Below, one piece after another: positions 19,515 through 29,900 of a DNA stretch of 64,000 nt (the stretch's first letter is position 1; every line of letters starts with the position of its first letter). The notes below the pieces were generated by a model. It was not told the DNA's origin and did not search any database. It was given only the letters and a program-made list of their open reading frames with translations. This DNA comes from Polyangiaceae bacterium (lineage in GTDB: Bacteria; Myxococcota_A; Polyangia; Polyangiales; Polyangiaceae). The position numbers and the translations under genes are program-made. The stretch is from contig JBNKBE010000015.1 of the NCBI GenBank assembly GCA_050287085.1, positions 1 to 64,000 of the forward strand, in the 5' to 3' direction.

Positions 19515-21905
19515 CTAGAGTGAATGAAGCGAGCGAGCGACGGTGGTGCGCGACGCTTGTGACGCGGGTAACAGGCTCGCCACGGTGCCTAGGGCAAAGA
19601 AGCCGAACACCATGCCCAAGAGAGCCGTGCCGTTGGCGACGAGGGGCAGCGGCACTTGAAAGCTCATTTGGCCGATGAGATTGCCGATAGCCCATGACAG
19701 GCCGAGACCCAGCGCGGTGGCGGTGATGGCGCTGATCCCCGAGACGAGCAGTGCCTGGGTGACGACCAAGTTGCGAAGCTGTTTTCGCGACGCACCCAGG
19801 GCTCGCAGCACCCCGAGCTCGCGCAGGTTCTCCGCTACGTTGGACGACAGCGCCGCTCCCAAGCCGAGGGCGCCGACGATTGCGGCGATCGCAGCCAAGG
19901 CCATCAAGGACTTCACCAGAATCTCGAAGTGTGCTGCCACGGCGTTCTGAAATAGTGTCAATGGCGCGACGGAAAGCACGGGCACGGAGGCCGCGAGCAA
20001 AGCCTCGTCGGTCGCCTTCATTGCCTGGTCGATGTCGCCCCGCGCCTGGATGCGTAGCAGCGTGGCGCCGTGGTCGCCTGGGACCACGGTATCGAAAGTG
20101 CGGGTCGAGACGTAGACGCCAGCGCCAGTGCCGATCTCCTCTACCATGCCAACGACGCGGAAGGTGTGATCTCGGCCTTCAACGGAAAGCACGAGGGGGT
20201 CCCCGATGACGATAGCCTCTGCGCCGGGCACGACTTGGTTGATGACGATCTCGTTTGGAACATCGTCGTGGAGCCAACGTCCCTGTTCGATCTGAAAAGA
20301 GGCGAGCTTTGAGTCCTTCGGGACTGCGTACAAGCGAAATGCCCCATGACCGCCGTCGGGATAGGTCGTTTGAATGGGGAGTTGATCGCCGGCGCCCATG
20401 CCCACGTCCATTCGCGACCACGCTTCGAGCTTAGACACACTGGGCAACGTCGACAGAGAGGCGCCTGCGATATCGGATCCCCGAGGGACCTGCATCTCGA
20501 AGTCGTAGTGACGCGTCTCGGTCAACCGCGCCGTGAGGAAGCGCCAGGCACCCGAGGTGTTCACCGCCGATAGGAAGATGCCTCCCGAAACCGTGAGAAC
20601 AGCGATAGCGAGGGCGAAGCGGCGACGACGACGTAGGGCTTCACGCAGCGCGTAGCGCAGGAAGTATCCCCCGCGGGTCAACTGCGCGATAGCCATTTCA
20701 AAGCGCGAAGTGCCGAATCCGGAGCCGTCGGTCCCATGATCGGAAAGGGCCTGTGTGACGCTCCGACGCGTGGCGCGCCGCAATACGGGCAAGGTGACCG
20801 CGAGGGGGACGCTCAACGCTACCGTCACTTGGAATGCCACGGCGAGCCACGACGGCTTCGCGTCAAGGAGGTCGAAGTTGAGCAGGCGCGTGATAGAACG
20901 AGCCATCAGATCGGCGCCCAACGAGCTTGGCCACCAACTAAGTACAAGGGCGATGAGCGCCAGCACCAGGACCGCCAGTATGTAGGTCGAGAGCAGTCGG
21001 GCCCGGCTGGCGCCCAAGGTCTTGAGCACGGCGATTTCGCGTACCTGCCGCGCCATCAAACTGTCGATCAGCGATGCGGTCAGCAAGCTCGAGAGCAGCA
21101 GGGTGAGTCCTGCGAACAGTACGAACAACGTCAGTACTGTCGTCATCTGCGATTGATGCGGATGACGCCCAGGCGGAGGAATGCGCAGCGCCGTGACGTG
21201 GCCGAGTCCTGCGCTCTGCAGGAACTGCGATACCTCGCGGGCGCTCTGCTCGAGTGCTGCGACGTCGTCGAGGTCGCTCGTCGGTGAGTAGCGTAGCTCG
21301 GAAAAGGTTACGGGCTGCCCCCAGGCCTCGAGATCCTCTGCGCGAACGTACACGTAGATGGCCTGCTCAGTACTCGCGGGCGCGAGCGCCGGCTCGTGGG
21401 CGATGCCGGACACCGGGATACTCGCACGAGCGCCGCTGGGCAAATCCAGGTGAACGACGGTCGGACTCTCGTCGCCCAATACGACAAGCGAGCTGCGCTC
21501 CAGGAGTACAGTGCCCGCCGTGGGCGGCCATGCTCCGGATTGTGGGAACACCCTGGCGATGGGCATATGTTCGAAGTCGTCGATGACGAAGACCACGGCG
21601 CGTCGCTTTTCATCCGTACCCGGCAACGCGAAACGCCCCTCCAGACGGGCGCGGCGCGTGGCTGCCTGCACGCCGCTCATGGCTCGGACCGCGGCCAACG
21701 CCTCTTCGCTGACGGCTTCCATGTCGAGCAAGATCGCTGCGGGTTGCGAGTCCATGTAGTTTCGCGGTGCCTCGCGTAGCAGCACGCTGCGCGCCCGGAC
21801 CAAGCTGCCCCAGCCCACGAGCCCCGTGACGAGGGCGGCGAGCATGACAACCAGACGCGCTCGAGTGAACCAAGCGTCTCGAAAGACCTTCTTCAGGCTG
21901 AGCAT
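19515..21905 (-). CDS. FtsX/MacB-like ABC transporter permease
   Basis: Two FtsX repeats (REIAVLKTLGAS, RELGVLRALGAS) with multiple TM segments. Confidence 0.9.
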   Translation of the reverse strand: MLSLKKVFRDAWFTRARLVVMLAALVTGLVGWGSLVRARSVLLREAPRNYMDSQPAAILLDMEAVSEEALAAVRAMSGVQAATRRARLEGRFALPGTDEKRRAVVFVIDDFEHMPIARVFPQSGAWPPTAGTVLLERSSLVVLGDESPTVVHLDLPSGARASIPVSGIAHEPALAPASTEQAIYVYVRAEDLEAWGQPVTFSELRYSPTSDLDDVAALEQSAREVSQFLQSAGLGHVTALRIPPPGRHPHQSQMTTVLTLFVLFAGLTLLLSSLLTASLIDSLMARQVREIAVLKTLGASRARLLSTYILAVLVLALIALVLSWWPSSLGADLMARSITRLLNFDLLDAKPSWLAVAFQVTVALSVPLAVTLPVLRRATRRSVTQALSDHGTDGSGFGTSRFEMAIAQLTRGGYFLRYALREALRRRRRFALAIAVLTVSGGIFLSAVNTSGAWRFLTARLTETRHYDFEMQVPRGSDIAGASLSTLPSVSKLEAWSRMDVGMGAGDQLPIQTTYPDGGHGAFRLYAVPKDSKLASFQIEQGRWLHDDVPNEIVINQVVPGAEAIVIGDPLVLSVEGRDHTFRVVGMVEEIGTGAGVYVSTRTFDTVVPGDHGATLLRIQARGDIDQAMKATDEALLAASVPVLSVAPLTLFQNAVAAHFEILVKSLMALAAIAAIVGALGLGAALSSNVAENLRELGVLRALGASRKQLRNLVVTQALLVSGISAITATALGLGLSWAIGNLIGQMSFQVPLPLVANGTALLGMVFGFFALGTVASLLPASQASRTTVARSLHSL

Positions 21906-22723
21906 CGTTCGGCACCTTCGGGCGAGGAGGACATCGCGCCAGCGACTTGTGGATGCCCCGAACGGACGTCGCTAACGATGCGACCGTCAGCAACCGCGAG
22001 GACGCGGTCGAAGTGCTTCAAAACGTCGCGTTCGTGGGTAGCAACGAGTACAGTGGTGCCACCGCGGGTCAACTCTGCGAGTAGCTGTAGAACGTGTTCG
22101 GCAGTCGTCGAGTCGAGGTTGCCCGTCGGCTCATCCGCGAGCAGCAGCGCGGGATCGTTGGCAAGCGCGCGGGCAATAGCCACGCGTTGTTGTTGTCCGC
22201 CAGACAGCGTCGTGGGCAGCTTGTGAGCCTGACTGCTCACCCCGACTCGCGCGAGCAACTCGCGGGCGCGTTCGGCCTGTTGTTTGCGGGCGATGCGCCC
22301 ATGGAGTTCCATGGGCAGGACGACATTTTCCAGCACCGTCAGGGTGGGCAGCAGCTGGAAGAATTGAAAGACGATGCCAACGTGACCCGCGCGGAAGCGA
22401 GCTAGTCCGTCTTCGTCGAGATCGGTCAGTTCGACGCCGGCGACGCTCACGCGACCGCGAGTGGGCCGGTCGATACCGGACAGGACATTCAATAGGGTCG
22501 ACTTGCCGCTCCCACTCGAGCCGACCACGGCCGTCAGTTGGCCGCGATAGAGGGTGAGGTCCACGTCGCGCAGAGCATGAAAGGGCTCGGCGGGGCCTGG
22601 TAGGGTGTAGGCTCGAGAAACGCCGTACAGCTCTGCAATGGGGGGCATGGGTGCTGAAAGCGTCGAATCGGGCGAGGCCGATTCGGACTTGTGTCGCTGG
22701 ACGCGATGCGTGTTTTCGGACAT
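21893..22723 (-). CDS. LolD/MacB-type ABC ATP-binding protein
   Basis: [41 protein letters not shown]. Start at 22723 or 22649. Confidence 0.92.
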   Translation of the reverse strand: MSENTHRVQRHKSESASPDSTLSAPMPPIAELYGVSRAYTLPGPAEPFHALRDVDLTLYRGQLTAVVGSSGSGKSTLLNVLSGIDRPTRGRVSVAGVELTDLDEDGLARFRAGHVGIVFQFFQLLPTLTVLENVVLPMELHGRIARKQQAERARELLARVGVSSQAHKLPTTLSGGQQQRVAIARALANDPALLLADEPTGNLDSTTAEHVLQLLAELTRGGTTVLVATHERDVLKHFDRVLAVADGRIVSDVRSGHPQVAGAMSSSPEGAERCSA

Positions 22724-22795
22724 GGTGTCCAGTATCTGCGTCGCCCCTCGGACCCGCCAGCGACACATGTCGCGGGTCGTTCGCTTCTGAACACA

Positions 22796-23440
22796 ATGGC
22801 GCTTTTGTCCGAGATCGTCATGACTTCCCCCAATGCCCCCCGCGCCGCCGACCGTCGCGTACAGCGCAGCCAACGCGCGCTGCAGTCCGCCTTGTTTCAA
22901 CTGATGCTTGAAAAGGGATACGGCGACACCTCGGTATCCGACATCACCGAACGAGCGAACGTCGGGCGCTCCACGTTCTACGCGCACTTTGCCGACAAAG
23001 AGGACCTACTCCAGCAGTGCCTACAAGGTCTTCGTAGCTTTCTGACGGACGAGACCATCGTGGGGCCTGAACGCGAAGGGCCCACGCACCCCGCGTTGTC
23101 CTTCTCGCTGCCGATGTTTCTTCATGCGGCGGAGCAGCGACGGCTCTTTCGTTCTGTGATGGAGGAGCCCAATGACGCGCCCGTGCAACACCACCTGCAG
23201 CAGATGTTCGTCGATCTGGTCACTGAACGCTTGAGTCCTGCTGGGCAAGCGCCGTCGCCGGAGGTGGTGCTACAAGCACGCTTCATCGTCGGCGCCTTCT
23301 TGGGGGTGCTCATGCATTGGGTGGTCGACGACGAAGCCGCCACGCCCCAGCAGGTGGACCTTCAGTTTCGAAGGATGATGATGGGCGGGCTAGAGTCCTG
23401 GGTCGCGTCGAAAGGGTCGCCGTCGTCCGCGCGCGAATGA
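22796..23440 (+). CDS. TetR/AcrR family regulator
   Basis: DRRVQRSQRAL...SVSDITERANVGRSTFYAHFADKEDLL. Divergent from the ABC genes. Confidence 0.93.
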   Translation: MALLSEIVMTSPNAPRAADRRVQRSQRALQSALFQLMLEKGYGDTSVSDITERANVGRSTFYAHFADKEDLLQQCLQGLRSFLTDETIVGPEREGPTHPALSFSLPMFLHAAEQRRLFRSVMEEPNDAPVQHHLQQMFVDLVTERLSPAGQAPSPEVVLQARFIVGAFLGVLMHWVVDDEAATPQQVDLQFRRMMMGGLESWVASKGSPSSARE

Positions 23441-23928
23441 TGCGCCCGCTGGGAGCGAGTCGAGCTGCGAGGAGCCACAGCGGCGACAGTCAAGCAACAA
23501 TCAGCCCGCCTCGAGCCGACCACGACCGAGGTATTCCTCGAACTCGCTGACAACGAACAGCGGCAGCACGCCGAGTTCGGGTGAGCAACCTTCCGAACTG
23601 CCGCTCACCCGCATCCGTTCTCTTACATAGCTCAGGAGGTTCGCTCGACAGCACACGTCGCTACGTGGCGCACGCCGATCACCCGAGAGCGGCGACCTTC
23701 GTCTCACACGGCAAGCCTGCGCTTGGGGGCGCGGGCGCCAACTCACGACAGCAACGCCTAGGTACGACGCGTGTCTCTCCATCGGTTTCGAGACAATCCA
23801 CATCGGATTAGCGATGAACACCCCGGTACTTCGTGCGAAGACCGATACTTCCACGCCCAATATGCATTTCTCGCTCCGACGAAGCACAGAGCTGCCGCCC
23901 ATCACCCGAACATGACATCAAGGGGGGG

Positions 23929-25674
23929 ATGAGAAAGGCACCACACCACCGACTCGGTCGCGCAAGCGCACTCGGAGCGTGCTCCGCGCTCGTGTTTGCC
24001 TGCTCTAGCGCTGGGTACGACACCCCAAGCGGCGCCGCTCCGAGCAGCAGCCTCGCCCCCTCGGCCGCTGGCGGTGGCTCACCTTCCACCCCCGACGGCA
24101 ACCCGATCTCAGCGCCTCCGAGCGGTACCGCAGATCCCCAGCCCGAGACGACGACTCCCCCCGGAGGGGATCCGAGCTGCCAAAACGCCGGTCCTGGACT
24201 TGCCCCGGCACGCTTGTTGTCAGCGAGTCAATACAACAACACGGTTCTGGAGCTATTTCGTGTAGACGGCGACCCGGGTACGGACTTGGGCAACGGCGTT
24301 TTCGACAGCCTAGACGACGTGCGCGTAGAACAACGTGCCGACGTGGCGGCGTCGGTCGCCCAACAGGCTGCTGCCAACCTCGACCAATGGGCGCCTTGTG
24401 TCCCTCCGGCCACGGGAGACGTCTCCGTGTGCGCAGCGCAGCTCATCGATCAAGTCGGCAGAAGAGCGTTCCGCCGTCCTCTGACGGACGGTGAGCGGGC
24501 GGAGATGACAACACTGTTCGACGCGGGTTTCCAGGACGGTGGGTTCAGTGCCGGTGTTGAATGGCTCCTGACGGGTATTCTGCAGGCGCCGGACTTCATG
24601 TATCAAATTGCGCTACCGCAACCCGGTGAGACGCCGGGTGAACCCCGTCAGTTGGGCCCCTACGAGTATGCGAGCCGCCTCGCCTACTTCGTCTGGGACT
24701 CGCCACCCGACGATGCCTTGCTCGACGCCGCCGCAGCTGGCGCGCTGTCGGACCCTGCCAAGCAGCAAGCTCAGCTTGACCGCATGCTAGAAGACGAACG
24801 TGCTCAGCGCGGAGTAGTGGGCTTCCACAGCCGCTGGCTGAACACCGTCGGGTTCAGGGAAATCGCACGCGACGTCCCGGAATTTGACGGGGCAGTGGCA
24901 AGTTCACTCATGACATCACTATTGATGAGCGTGACTGAACTCTACGAAGCCGGAGGGGCTCCGAAACTATCAGACCTCCTATCTGGCGAGACCTACTACA
25001 TGAATGATGTGCTGCGCCGCTTCTACGGGCTACCCGCAGGCGACGAAGGATTTACCCCGGTCACCCTGAGCGGCGAGGGTCGACACGGCATCGTCACTCA
25101 TCCGGCCCTCATGGCACTGCTGGCGCGCCCCGCCGAAAGCTTCCCGATTGCCCGTGGGTTGTTCGTCACCCGCAGCCTATTCTGCCGCGACATCCCGCTG
25201 CCGATGGGCTTAGAAATCCCCGAACTCCCACCGATTCAAGAGGGGCTTTCGACGCGCGCTCGACTGGAACAACACACTACCAACCCTGCTTGTTCTGGCT
25301 GCCACGCGCTATTCGATCCTGCTGGCTTTGCGCTAGAAAACTTCGACGAAGTGGGACGTTTCAGGACAATGGATCACGGCGCTCCGGTAGACACGGCCAG
25401 CAAGATGACCATTGGCAGCGACGCGGACGGCCCGTTCGCGAACGGCGAGGAATTGCTGACTCGGGTCGCTGGCAGCCACGACGTGGCCGCTTGCTTTGCA
25501 CGACGTTACTTGGAGTTTGCCTTGTCTCGACAACAACTGACTCCGGAAGAGTCCTGTGCCTTGAAAACCGTGGCCAGCGAATTTACCTCATCTGGAGATC
25601 TGAAGCAGCTGGTGGGTTCAATCGCGACGAACGATGCCTTTCGTCTTCGCTTGGCAGAAGGAGTTGCACAATGA
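23929..25674 (+). CDS. DUF1592/DUF1588/DUF1595-domain lipoprotein with a CxxCH
   Basis: RLLSASQYNNT, RAFRRPL, ASRLAYFVWDSPPD, PIARG, STRARLEQH...CSGCH...GFALENFD. Confidence 0.9.
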   Translation: MRKAPHHRLGRASALGACSALVFACSSAGYDTPSGAAPSSSLAPSAAGGGSPSTPDGNPISAPPSGTADPQPETTTPPGGDPSCQNAGPGLAPARLLSASQYNNTVLELFRVDGDPGTDLGNGVFDSLDDVRVEQRADVAASVAQQAAANLDQWAPCVPPATGDVSVCAAQLIDQVGRRAFRRPLTDGERAEMTTLFDAGFQDGGFSAGVEWLLTGILQAPDFMYQIALPQPGETPGEPRQLGPYEYASRLAYFVWDSPPDDALLDAAAAGALSDPAKQQAQLDRMLEDERAQRGVVGFHSRWLNTVGFREIARDVPEFDGAVASSLMTSLLMSVTELYEAGGAPKLSDLLSGETYYMNDVLRRFYGLPAGDEGFTPVTLSGEGRHGIVTHPALMALLARPAESFPIARGLFVTRSLFCRDIPLPMGLEIPELPPIQEGLSTRARLEQHTTNPACSGCHALFDPAGFALENFDEVGRFRTMDHGAPVDTASKMTIGSDADGPFANGEELLTRVAGSHDVAACFARRYLEFALSRQQLTPEESCALKTVASEFTSSGDLKQLVGSIATNDAFRLRLAEGVAQ

Positions 25675-27110
25675 GGTTGTCCGCTTCTAGGCGCGTCCAG
25701 CGCCGAGATCTGCTCCGGGTACTCGGTGGTGCAGCCCTTGCGCTTCCCGGACTCGAACTCTTTCAGGGGGAGAGTCGTGCCCAGACAAATGGCTCTCGCT
25801 CGAAGTTCATCGTCTTCTGCTATGCGCCGGATGGCGTAAACCAGAACGCGTTCTGGCCGACGGGGACGACCAACGATTTCACACTCAGCCCAACACTCGC
25901 GCACTTCGAGCCCTTCAAGGACAAGCTACTTGTTCTCGGGCCGATCATGGAAGGCAGCCGAGCGCGCAACGGCAGCGGCCTTTCGTACAACACGCTACCC
26001 CCTCAGCATCAAGCGCCTGTCACGCTAGCTGCACGCATCGGCACCAACGGCTGCACCGACGTCAGCTGTACCAACGGCGGCCTTCCCTACGTGCAGCAGG
26101 AGGCGGCTGTCAACCGCATCGATGGTCCCTCCATCGATCAAGTGATAGCCAATGCCGTACAAGCCGACAGCACGTTTGGGTCGCTGAACTTCGGACTGCA
26201 CCCGATCGGGGGGGATACTCCGTCGGATATCAACTATCAGCAAGATGGCGCACCGCTGAGGCGGCTATCGAGCGCAGACGATGCCTGGAGATACGTCTTC
26301 GGGGACACAACGGGTGCCATGACGCCTGTCAAGAGCTCGTCGGCAGCCGCGAAACACGCTGCCGTTACGGACTTCCTCCACAGCCGCTTCGCAGACCTGC
26401 GCCCCGCACTCAGCACGACCGACCGCGAGCGACTCGACGGGCATCTTTCGGCGCTAAGAAGCTACGAACAGCGCTTGGAAGAGCGCCTGAATGGTGAGGC
26501 GCTCAGCGCCGAGTGCGCTAACCCCATGCGGGCCATGGTGGCCACCGATCCGGATGCCATCCGCACGGGTGCCGACACCGAGACGCTGTCCCCGTTCTTC
26601 ATGGATATCATATCCACGGCGTTCGCCTGCAATCTGACAAAAGTGGCGTCTGTGACCTTCGGCTATCCTGGCGGCGGCGACGCCGGCGGATTGCGCATGC
26701 CTTGGCTTGGGTTCAACGATCCGCTGCACTTTGTTTCTCACCACGGCAACGGTCAGGACAAGCTCAACAAGTATCAACAGATGAATGCCTGGATAGCGGG
26801 TCAGGTAGCGGGGCTCATGGAACGCCTGGCGGCCCTTCCGGCTACCTCGGGCAATGGAACGCTGCTGGACGAAACCACCATCTATTGGTTCAATCGCCAC
26901 GGTGACGGAGACTCGCATACCAACTTCGCACTACCCAACGTGATTCTCGGAGGCACAGGCGGCTACTTCGAGATGGGTCGTTGGCTGCAGCTTCCCACCA
27001 CCAATCCGACGCAGGTCTTGATCTCGTTGGCCCACGCTATGGGGGTAGAAGTCGACCGCTTTGGCCAGGACATCTTCGCCGATACCTCGCCGCTGGCCGG
27101 ACTGACCTGA
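25671..27110 (+). CDS. DUF1552 family Tat-exported protein
   Basis: RRDLLR Tat motif, GPSIDQVIA, LDGHLSALR, AFACNLTKV, H-x2-SHH, GTLLDET, GGTGG. ATGA overlap with the DUF1592 gene. Confidence 0.9.
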   Translation: MRLSASRRVQRRDLLRVLGGAALALPGLELFQGESRAQTNGSRSKFIVFCYAPDGVNQNAFWPTGTTNDFTLSPTLAHFEPFKDKLLVLGPIMEGSRARNGSGLSYNTLPPQHQAPVTLAARIGTNGCTDVSCTNGGLPYVQQEAAVNRIDGPSIDQVIANAVQADSTFGSLNFGLHPIGGDTPSDINYQQDGAPLRRLSSADDAWRYVFGDTTGAMTPVKSSSAAAKHAAVTDFLHSRFADLRPALSTTDRERLDGHLSALRSYEQRLEERLNGEALSAECANPMRAMVATDPDAIRTGADTETLSPFFMDIISTAFACNLTKVASVTFGYPGGGDAGGLRMPWLGFNDPLHFVSHHGNGQDKLNKYQQMNAWIAGQVAGLMERLAALPATSGNGTLLDETTIYWFNRHGDGDSHTNFALPNVILGGTGGYFEMGRWLQLPTTNPTQVLISLAHAMGVEVDRFGQDIFADTSPLAGLT

Positions 27111-27219
27111 ACCCTGCTGGCGACGTCGGGATGGACGTACTCCGCGCAGGGTCCTCCTTGGGCGCAAGCCGCTTCTGCCAACCCCTTGCCCGGCGCAAGG
27201 CCGGTAGCCGACCCTCTTC

Positions 27220-27774
27220 CTAGCGTCCGCCCGGCGCTCCCGGGCGCGGGTGAATGCCAGTAACTCCCTGCACCAAGCGGCGGTAGCTGCTCCGGGGGTA
27301 TCGGGTGATGAACGCTCGCGTACGCTCGCGTGCTTCGGCCAAGTTCCCGGTGTCCACCAGCAGCGTGACGATCTTCGCCCGGCGCGCCTCGGCGGGTTTG
27401 CCCACTTCGCCGTACCAGTCTTCGCCCGCCAAGGCGTATGCTAGCGCGCGCTGCTTGTCCTCTCTCTCGAGTGCCTCAAGCTCCACCCAGTAGTCGCGCT
27501 CGCTTTGCGGACGCTCGAAGACGGGCTCCGCCTCGGCGCGCGATAGAGTCGCGGTCGCGTTGGGCCAGGCCGCAAGCTCCACGCTCGGACTGGTCGTCGG
27601 CTTGGCCGCGGGACTCACCGCGCGCAATTCGTTCCCATCGTCCGCGGGGTCGAGCGCCGGCGTGAGCAAGACGCCCGGCGCTTCGCCTCGGCTCCCCGCC
27701 AATAGCAGCGTTGCCGCCGGCACGAGCAGCAGCGCGCCCGCGACGAGCAGCGACTTCTTCAGTCCCGACTGCAT
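27220..27774 (-). CDS. membrane-anchored hypothetical protein with TPR-like C-terminus
   Basis: N-terminal TM helix; EARRAKIVTLLVDTGNLAEARERTRAFITRYPRSSY. Confidence 0.7.
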   Translation of the reverse strand: MQSGLKKSLLVAGALLLVPAATLLLAGSRGEAPGVLLTPALDPADDGNELRAVSPAAKPTTSPSVELAAWPNATATLSRAEAEPVFERPQSERDYWVELEALEREDKQRALAYALAGEDWYGEVGKPAEARRAKIVTLLVDTGNLAEARERTRAFITRYPRSSYRRLVQGVTGIHPRPGAPGGR

Positions 27775-27786
27775 GACCCGCGCAGC

Positions 27787-29388
27787 CTAGAACGTGACCG
27801 CACAGCCCTTGTCCGCCTGGAAGGCGCTGACCAGGGTGAGGTCGAGCTCTTCCGGGCCTGGACGGGCGACGCAGCCGTCGAAGTACTGCCATGGCCAGGC
27901 GCCGGCGTAGCCAGCCGCATACCAGCTCTCGATGATGTCGCGGAATAGCAGCTCGTCATCGAAGGGGTTGTGGAACATGTAGAACTCACCCATGACGACA
28001 GGCAGATCCGGATAGCCGAGCTCCGCAGGAGGCGTCGTGTAGGGCCAGTAGTCGTTCACCCAGGAGTAGATATGCGGTTGATTGAACTCGAGGTCCGTGA
28101 TGTCCTCGAAAGCCCAGGCCCACTTCGCGGCTGCCCAGCCCACGCTGCGAAGCGCCCACGGCGTGGTCGTCTTGAGCGCGGCGAGAGACTCGCTGATGAA
28201 GGCTTTCATCGATTCGAGCGACACGGCCTGAAGCTCGGGGTTTGGGGAGAAGTCACCGCCGTCGGGCGCGGTGCCCGTTGCCGCGATCGCCCACTCGGGC
28301 TCGTTGACCACGTCCCAGCCGAGCACGCGCGACGCGTAGGGGCTGTCAGCGACGGCCTGGGCAACGGGCACGACCACGTTGTTCACCAGGGCCGCCCTGC
28401 CCACTTCTGTCTCCACCAGCGCTGAGATCCCAGGAACCTCCACGACGTCACCCTCCACGCGCGTTGGCCGGAAGGCGTCAAAGGAAAAGATCGTGGGCAC
28501 CAGGTACAGGTCGTTACGCTGGGCGAGCTCGACGGCCATTTGGATGTCTGCTATCGCTGCTTCCGTGAGGCCCGTGGGCGCGCCGGAAGCAGCGAAAACG
28601 ACGCCGTCACCGCGCATGTCGGGGAACATCCACCACCGGATCACGCTGGCGCCGTTGGCCTTCATGTTCGCCAAATCCGCGTTGTAGGTCGCAGGACGAC
28701 TGGCAACCCCTTCGAGGCTCCAAGCCTCGAGCCCGCCGAAGTCGGTCCCAAAGTCGCGCCAGGCGTAGTTGATGCCGAGGGCGAAGCGTTGCTTGCATGC
28801 GTAGCTGAGCCCGCTCGTCGAGGCGCACTCGTCGACGGGAGCCGCCGCGCAATCGGTGACCGGCGCCGCGCCCGCCTCTGCGGCCAGATCCGGTGGCGTT
28901 GCCCGAATGCCACAGTTGGCGCCTGGCAGCTCGCCGCAGCGGCCACAGCTTAGGTTGCAGTAGTCTACGAGCCAAGGCTCTTCGCACTTGCCCCAGCCCG
29001 CCTGCTCCTCGCAGGTGTAGCCGTCGTCGCCTGGGTACTCGTCCGTGCACTCCCCGGAGTCAGCGCCAGCCGTTCCGGGCGTCGTGCCCCCCGCCCCAGG
29101 TTCAGTCCCGCCCGTGCCAGGCGCGGTGCCGCCCGTGCCAGGCGCGGTGCCGCCCGCGCCAGACATCTGCCCACCGGCTCCGGACGCAGTGCCGCCCGCG
29201 CCAGCCGCGGGTCCCGCGCCAGCCTGACCCACCCCACCGCCCTGACCCACCCCACCGCCCTGTCCAGCGGCGGGAGGAGAGGGTGCCGCGGCGCCGGTGC
29301 CCGCTGGCGCCTCTGAATCCTCCCCAGAGCAAGCCCCTAAGGCAACGAGCAGCCCAGCAGACGAAATCAGTCGGAAGAGTCTATCCAT
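27787..29388 (-). CDS. GH5-like (clan GH-A) glycoside hydrolase lipoprotein with small Cys-rich module
   Basis: LGAC lipobox, Gly linker, CEEQAGWGKC...CNLSCGRC, GINYAW, RWWMF, WDVVNEPE (acid/base), HIY, VMGEF (nucleophile). Confidence 0.8.
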   Translation of the reverse strand: MDRLFRLISSAGLLVALGACSGEDSEAPAGTGAAAPSPPAAGQGGGVGQGGGVGQAGAGPAAGAGGTASGAGGQMSGAGGTAPGTGGTAPGTGGTEPGAGGTTPGTAGADSGECTDEYPGDDGYTCEEQAGWGKCEEPWLVDYCNLSCGRCGELPGANCGIRATPPDLAAEAGAAPVTDCAAAPVDECASTSGLSYACKQRFALGINYAWRDFGTDFGGLEAWSLEGVASRPATYNADLANMKANGASVIRWWMFPDMRGDGVVFAASGAPTGLTEAAIADIQMAVELAQRNDLYLVPTIFSFDAFRPTRVEGDVVEVPGISALVETEVGRAALVNNVVVPVAQAVADSPYASRVLGWDVVNEPEWAIAATGTAPDGGDFSPNPELQAVSLESMKAFISESLAALKTTTPWALRSVGWAAAKWAWAFEDITDLEFNQPHIYSWVNDYWPYTTPPAELGYPDLPVVMGEFYMFHNPFDDELLFRDIIESWYAAGYAGAWPWQYFDGCVARPGPEELDLTLVSAFQADKGCAVTF

Positions 29389-29818
29389 AACATCCTACCA
29401 AGACGCGCCAGCCCCCTCGACAGGCGCAAGAAGACGAGGTCGCATTCTTCTTTATGACAAAGTTGGCGGGCGCGCACTCCACAAAGCGCCTCCCATCGCC
29501 GGGATCACTCGCCGCGCTTTGTCGTAAGGCCCCTGGAGCCCTACGCCTAGAACCCCGGACGGCGACCCTTTAACCCGCAACGATCATTCTTTTTGAGTTG
29601 AGCTCGTCGTTTCCTTGCTGCAACAATCTTGCATCAAGGCGAGAGCTACCAGAGCTGACAAAGGACGGCATCACGGCGGTCCGCGCCGCCTAACGCCCGC
29701 CGTGACGTACCACCGACGGGACTCGCACGGTCGACGACTCGAACGTGTTTGGGCTGGCTCACCTTTCGAGTTGCGCCTGCCAAACGAATGAGCCAAAAAT
29801 GGACGGGTGGGTTGGCCA

Positions 29819-29900
29819 CAATTCGTAGGAGCCGCAGTTCGTAGGAGCCGCAGTTCGTAGGAGCCGCAATTCGTAGGAGCCGCAATTCGTAGGAGCCGCA
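29819..29900 (+). repeat. 16-bp tandem repeat x5 containing AGGAG, abutting a start codon
   Basis: ca(a/g)ttcgtaggagccg at 29819, 29835, 29851, 29867 and 29883, followed by caATG. Confidence 0.95.
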
